Origin: Deferribacterales bacterium
GTDB lineage: Bacteria > Chrysiogenota > Deferribacteres > Deferribacterales > Geovibrionaceae
Length of the DNA stretch: 19,695 bases
Reading direction: 5' to 3'
Assembly: GCA_050253335.1 (NCBI GenBank)
Contig: JBFWJG010000043.1
Span: forward strand, 1 to 19,695
Below the pieces are notes generated by a model. The model was not told the origin of the DNA and did not search any database. It saw only the letters and a program-made list of their open reading frames with translations. Below, piece by piece: positions 17,592 to 19,695 of the stretch (positions are counted from its first letter, which is position 1; every line of letters begins with the position of its first letter). Position numbers and translations under genes: made by a program.

Positions 17592-17602
17592 CAGAGTGAA
17601 GT

Positions 17603-19402
17603 TCAGACAGTTCTGAGATATTCCGCCACACGCAGGCACACATCAAGAGGAATGCCCGTTTCGATATTGATCTCCTCAGCCGTGATCCCCTTGCGGGCGT
17701 GTATATCAGGCATGGTTTCAAGGAGTTTTCTCAGGCGCTTTTCTCCCAGCCCTTCAATCCCCAGCATCGGCGATTTGGTGAGGTTTTTCAGCGCAAGACT
17801 GCGGGAATAAGTGATTGCGAATCTGTGCGCCTCGTCCCGCATCCTCTGAACAGACATCAGAAGCGGATCATTCTTCTTGAGATTAACCGGATTCTTGCGC
17901 CCGTAAAGATGTATGGATTCTATGGATTCCGCCCCGTCATGCTTCATGAATTTTATGCTCCGCCCTTTGGAGATGGAAATGAACAGAGAATCCGAACCCG
18001 CCTCTTCCGCCGCCCGCACAGCGGAGTTAAGCTGCCCTATGCCTCCGTCTATTATATACAAATCCGCCGCGGTTTCAGAGCCTTCGGCTATGTTCTCCAT
18101 CTTTCTGGTGAATAGCTCGTAGATAGATGTAAAATCGTCATTTTCAGCGGATTTTATCTTATATTTCCTGTATTCGCCCTTGGCGAAGTGCCCGCCTATG
18201 CTTGTCACCGCAACGCCGACAGTATGGTTTCCGCCGAGGTGTGAAATATCTATGCACTCTATTCGGCGGATCTCCCTGTCTGTTTTCAGCAGGCTTTTCA
18301 GCCTCTCCCCGACATCCTTCCTCCTGCCGAGCTGGCGGATGTGCGTTTCCGTCTGGATGCGGGCGTTTTCCAGCGCTGTTTCATGCAGTTTTTTAAACCC
18401 TCTGGTGATGACGGTTTTCTTTTTCCCCGCCATTTTGCTCAGTGCATCAGCCAAACGCGAGTTGTCATCCAGACCGAAGGGAACCACAACATCGGGAAAC
18501 TGGCGCACCTGCCCGTAAAACTGCATGATGTATGATTCCAGAATGTTTTCAGCGTCTTCATCCTCAAAAAACACGGTCTCGCTCCCGATGAGCTTGCCGT
18601 TTCGGATAAACTGCATGGTGATTCCGGGAAGATTCTCAAATGTGTGGGGGATGAAAACATCCACCGCGCGATGTTCATCGGTGAAGACCACCGTCTGGCG
18701 GTAAAAGAGCTTTTCCATTGAGCGCAGCCTGTCCCTGATGAAAGCGGCCTTCTCATACTCCATCCGTTCGGAATAGGCCGCCATATCAGCTTTAAGGCGT
18801 TCCCTGACGCCGTCAGTATCGCCTTTGAAGAAGGTGCGGATCTGCTCCACCATCTTCATGTACTCTTCCTCTGTTATCGTTCCTTCGCAGGGGCCGAGGC
18901 ATTTCTTTATCTGAAATTTCAGGCAGTGCTTTTTTTCGGAAAATTTGCGGTCATTGCACGAGCGCAGTGGGAAAACCCGCAGAATCTCCGCCAGAATGCC
19001 GCGCAGTTCGCTCACGTTCACAAAAGGTCCGAAGTATGAGGAGTTTTCATCCGATGTGTTTCTGGTTACGGCCAGCTTGGGAAAACGCTCGCCAGTGATC
19101 TTTATGTACGGGTAGCTTTTGGAATCCTTGAGCCTGATGTTATATCTGGGCTGTTCGGTTTTGATAAAATTCGCTTCCAGAAGAAGGGCTTCCGCCTCAT
19201 TATCCGTAACCACAAACCGCAGGGAGACTGCCGCCTGAACCATGCGGAGCACCTTGACCGGTTTTTCCGTATCGGCAAAATATGACGACACACGGGAGCG
19301 GAGGTTTTTTGCCTTGCCCACGTAGAGTATTTCGCCTTTTTTGCCTGTAAAAAGGTAAACGCCGGGATATTCGGGTATTTCGTGAAGCGGGTATCTGTCC
19401 AT
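17603..19402 (-). CDS. uvrC: Excinuclease ABC subunit C
   Basis: 599 aa; PGVY..LYVGKAKNLR.RV.SYF GIY-YIG domain, Cys-rich region, UVR domain (YEKAA.IRD), DISH, IDGG.GQL, RDEAHRFAI, HhH GLGEKR. Confidence 0.97.
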   Translation of the reverse strand: MDRYPLHEIPEYPGVYLFTGKKGEILYVGKAKNLRSRVSSYFADTEKPVKVLRMVQAAVSLRFVVTDNEAEALLLEANFIKTEQPRYNIRLKDSKSYPYIKITGERFPKLAVTRNTSDENSSYFGPFVNVSELRGILAEILRVFPLRSCNDRKFSEKKHCLKFQIKKCLGPCEGTITEEEYMKMVEQIRTFFKGDTDGVRERLKADMAAYSERMEYEKAAFIRDRLRSMEKLFYRQTVVFTDEHRAVDVFIPHTFENLPGITMQFIRNGKLIGSETVFFEDEDAENILESYIMQFYGQVRQFPDVVVPFGLDDNSRLADALSKMAGKKKTVITRGFKKLHETALENARIQTETHIRQLGRRKDVGERLKSLLKTDREIRRIECIDISHLGGNHTVGVAVTSIGGHFAKGEYRKYKIKSAENDDFTSIYELFTRKMENIAEGSETAADLYIIDGGIGQLNSAVRAAEEAGSDSLFISISKGRSIKFMKHDGAESIESIHLYGRKNPVNLKKNDPLLMSVQRMRDEAHRFAITYSRSLALKNLTKSPMLGIEGLGEKRLRKLLETMPDIHARKGITAEEINIETGIPLDVCLRVAEYLRTV

Positions 19403-19523
19403 CGGGATTATTATAATAAATAAATCATTTTTGTGGAGAGGATAATTTAATCATGGCGTGAGCGTTAAAATAAAATGCGAAAGAGATTGAGTCACTGCGG
19501 GGAGCAAGGCGGTGCGGAAGTAG

Positions 19524-19540
19524 AGGGGGCATTGCCCCCT
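19524..19540. other. GC-rich hairpin downstream of the MCP gene (terminator or REP-like)
   Basis: agggggc-att-gccccct, extendable by gtag/ctgc; no U tract on the minus strand. Confidence 0.4.
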
Positions 19541-19566
19541 GCTGCTTTTCGCATATTCAAAAAGTT

Positions 19567-19695
19567 TTAAGTCCTGAACCTGCCCACAAGCTCCTCCAGA
19601 CCTTCGGCCTGTTTGCTGAGCTCAACAACTGTCGAGGCTATCTCGTCTATGGATATTGAGCTGCGCTCTATGTTGCCGGATATAACCTGTGTGTT
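19567..19695 (-). CDS. 3' end of a methyl-accepting chemotaxis protein (partial, runs off the window)
   Basis: Manual translation NTQVISGNIERSSISIDEIASTVVELSKQAEGLEELVGRFRT*, a typical MCP C-terminal helix ending LV.RF. Confidence 0.8.
   Translation of the reverse strand, partial: NTQVISGNIERSSISIDEIASTVVELSKQAEGLEELVGRFRT

Overview
Bacterial chromosomal core region, roughly 50% GC. The gene set and protein style suggest an anaerobic respirer such as Deferribacterota (Geovibrio/Denitrovibrio-like); this is inference only. Gene order: purD-purE-tsaC(+), a triheme cytochrome c7-like gene(+), a REC-REC-GGDEF diguanylate cyclase(-), the conserved dprA-smg(DUF494)-topA-trmFO-xerC cluster preceded by an M20 amidohydrolase(-), lolA(-), pyc(+), uvrC(-) and the 3' end of a methyl-accepting chemotaxis protein(-). 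The coding content is ordinary; the interesting signal is intergenic. Three loci (1-217, 12048-12502, 17078-17591) carry one modular repeat family. It has a 46-nt core with conserved flanks around a 17-nt hairpin of variable sequence, bracketed by hairpins whose loops read CANGGANG or CAGGANG (the CsrA/RsmA binding consensus; 15 loops). These loops always lie on the coding strand of an adjacent gene (purD, lolA, uvrC). Downstream of lolA the element forms a 94-bp tandem array enclosed by a diverged duplicate of the lolA 3' end. Other REP-like palindrome families occur in the same intergenic regions. No cas, transposase or phage integrase gene is present.
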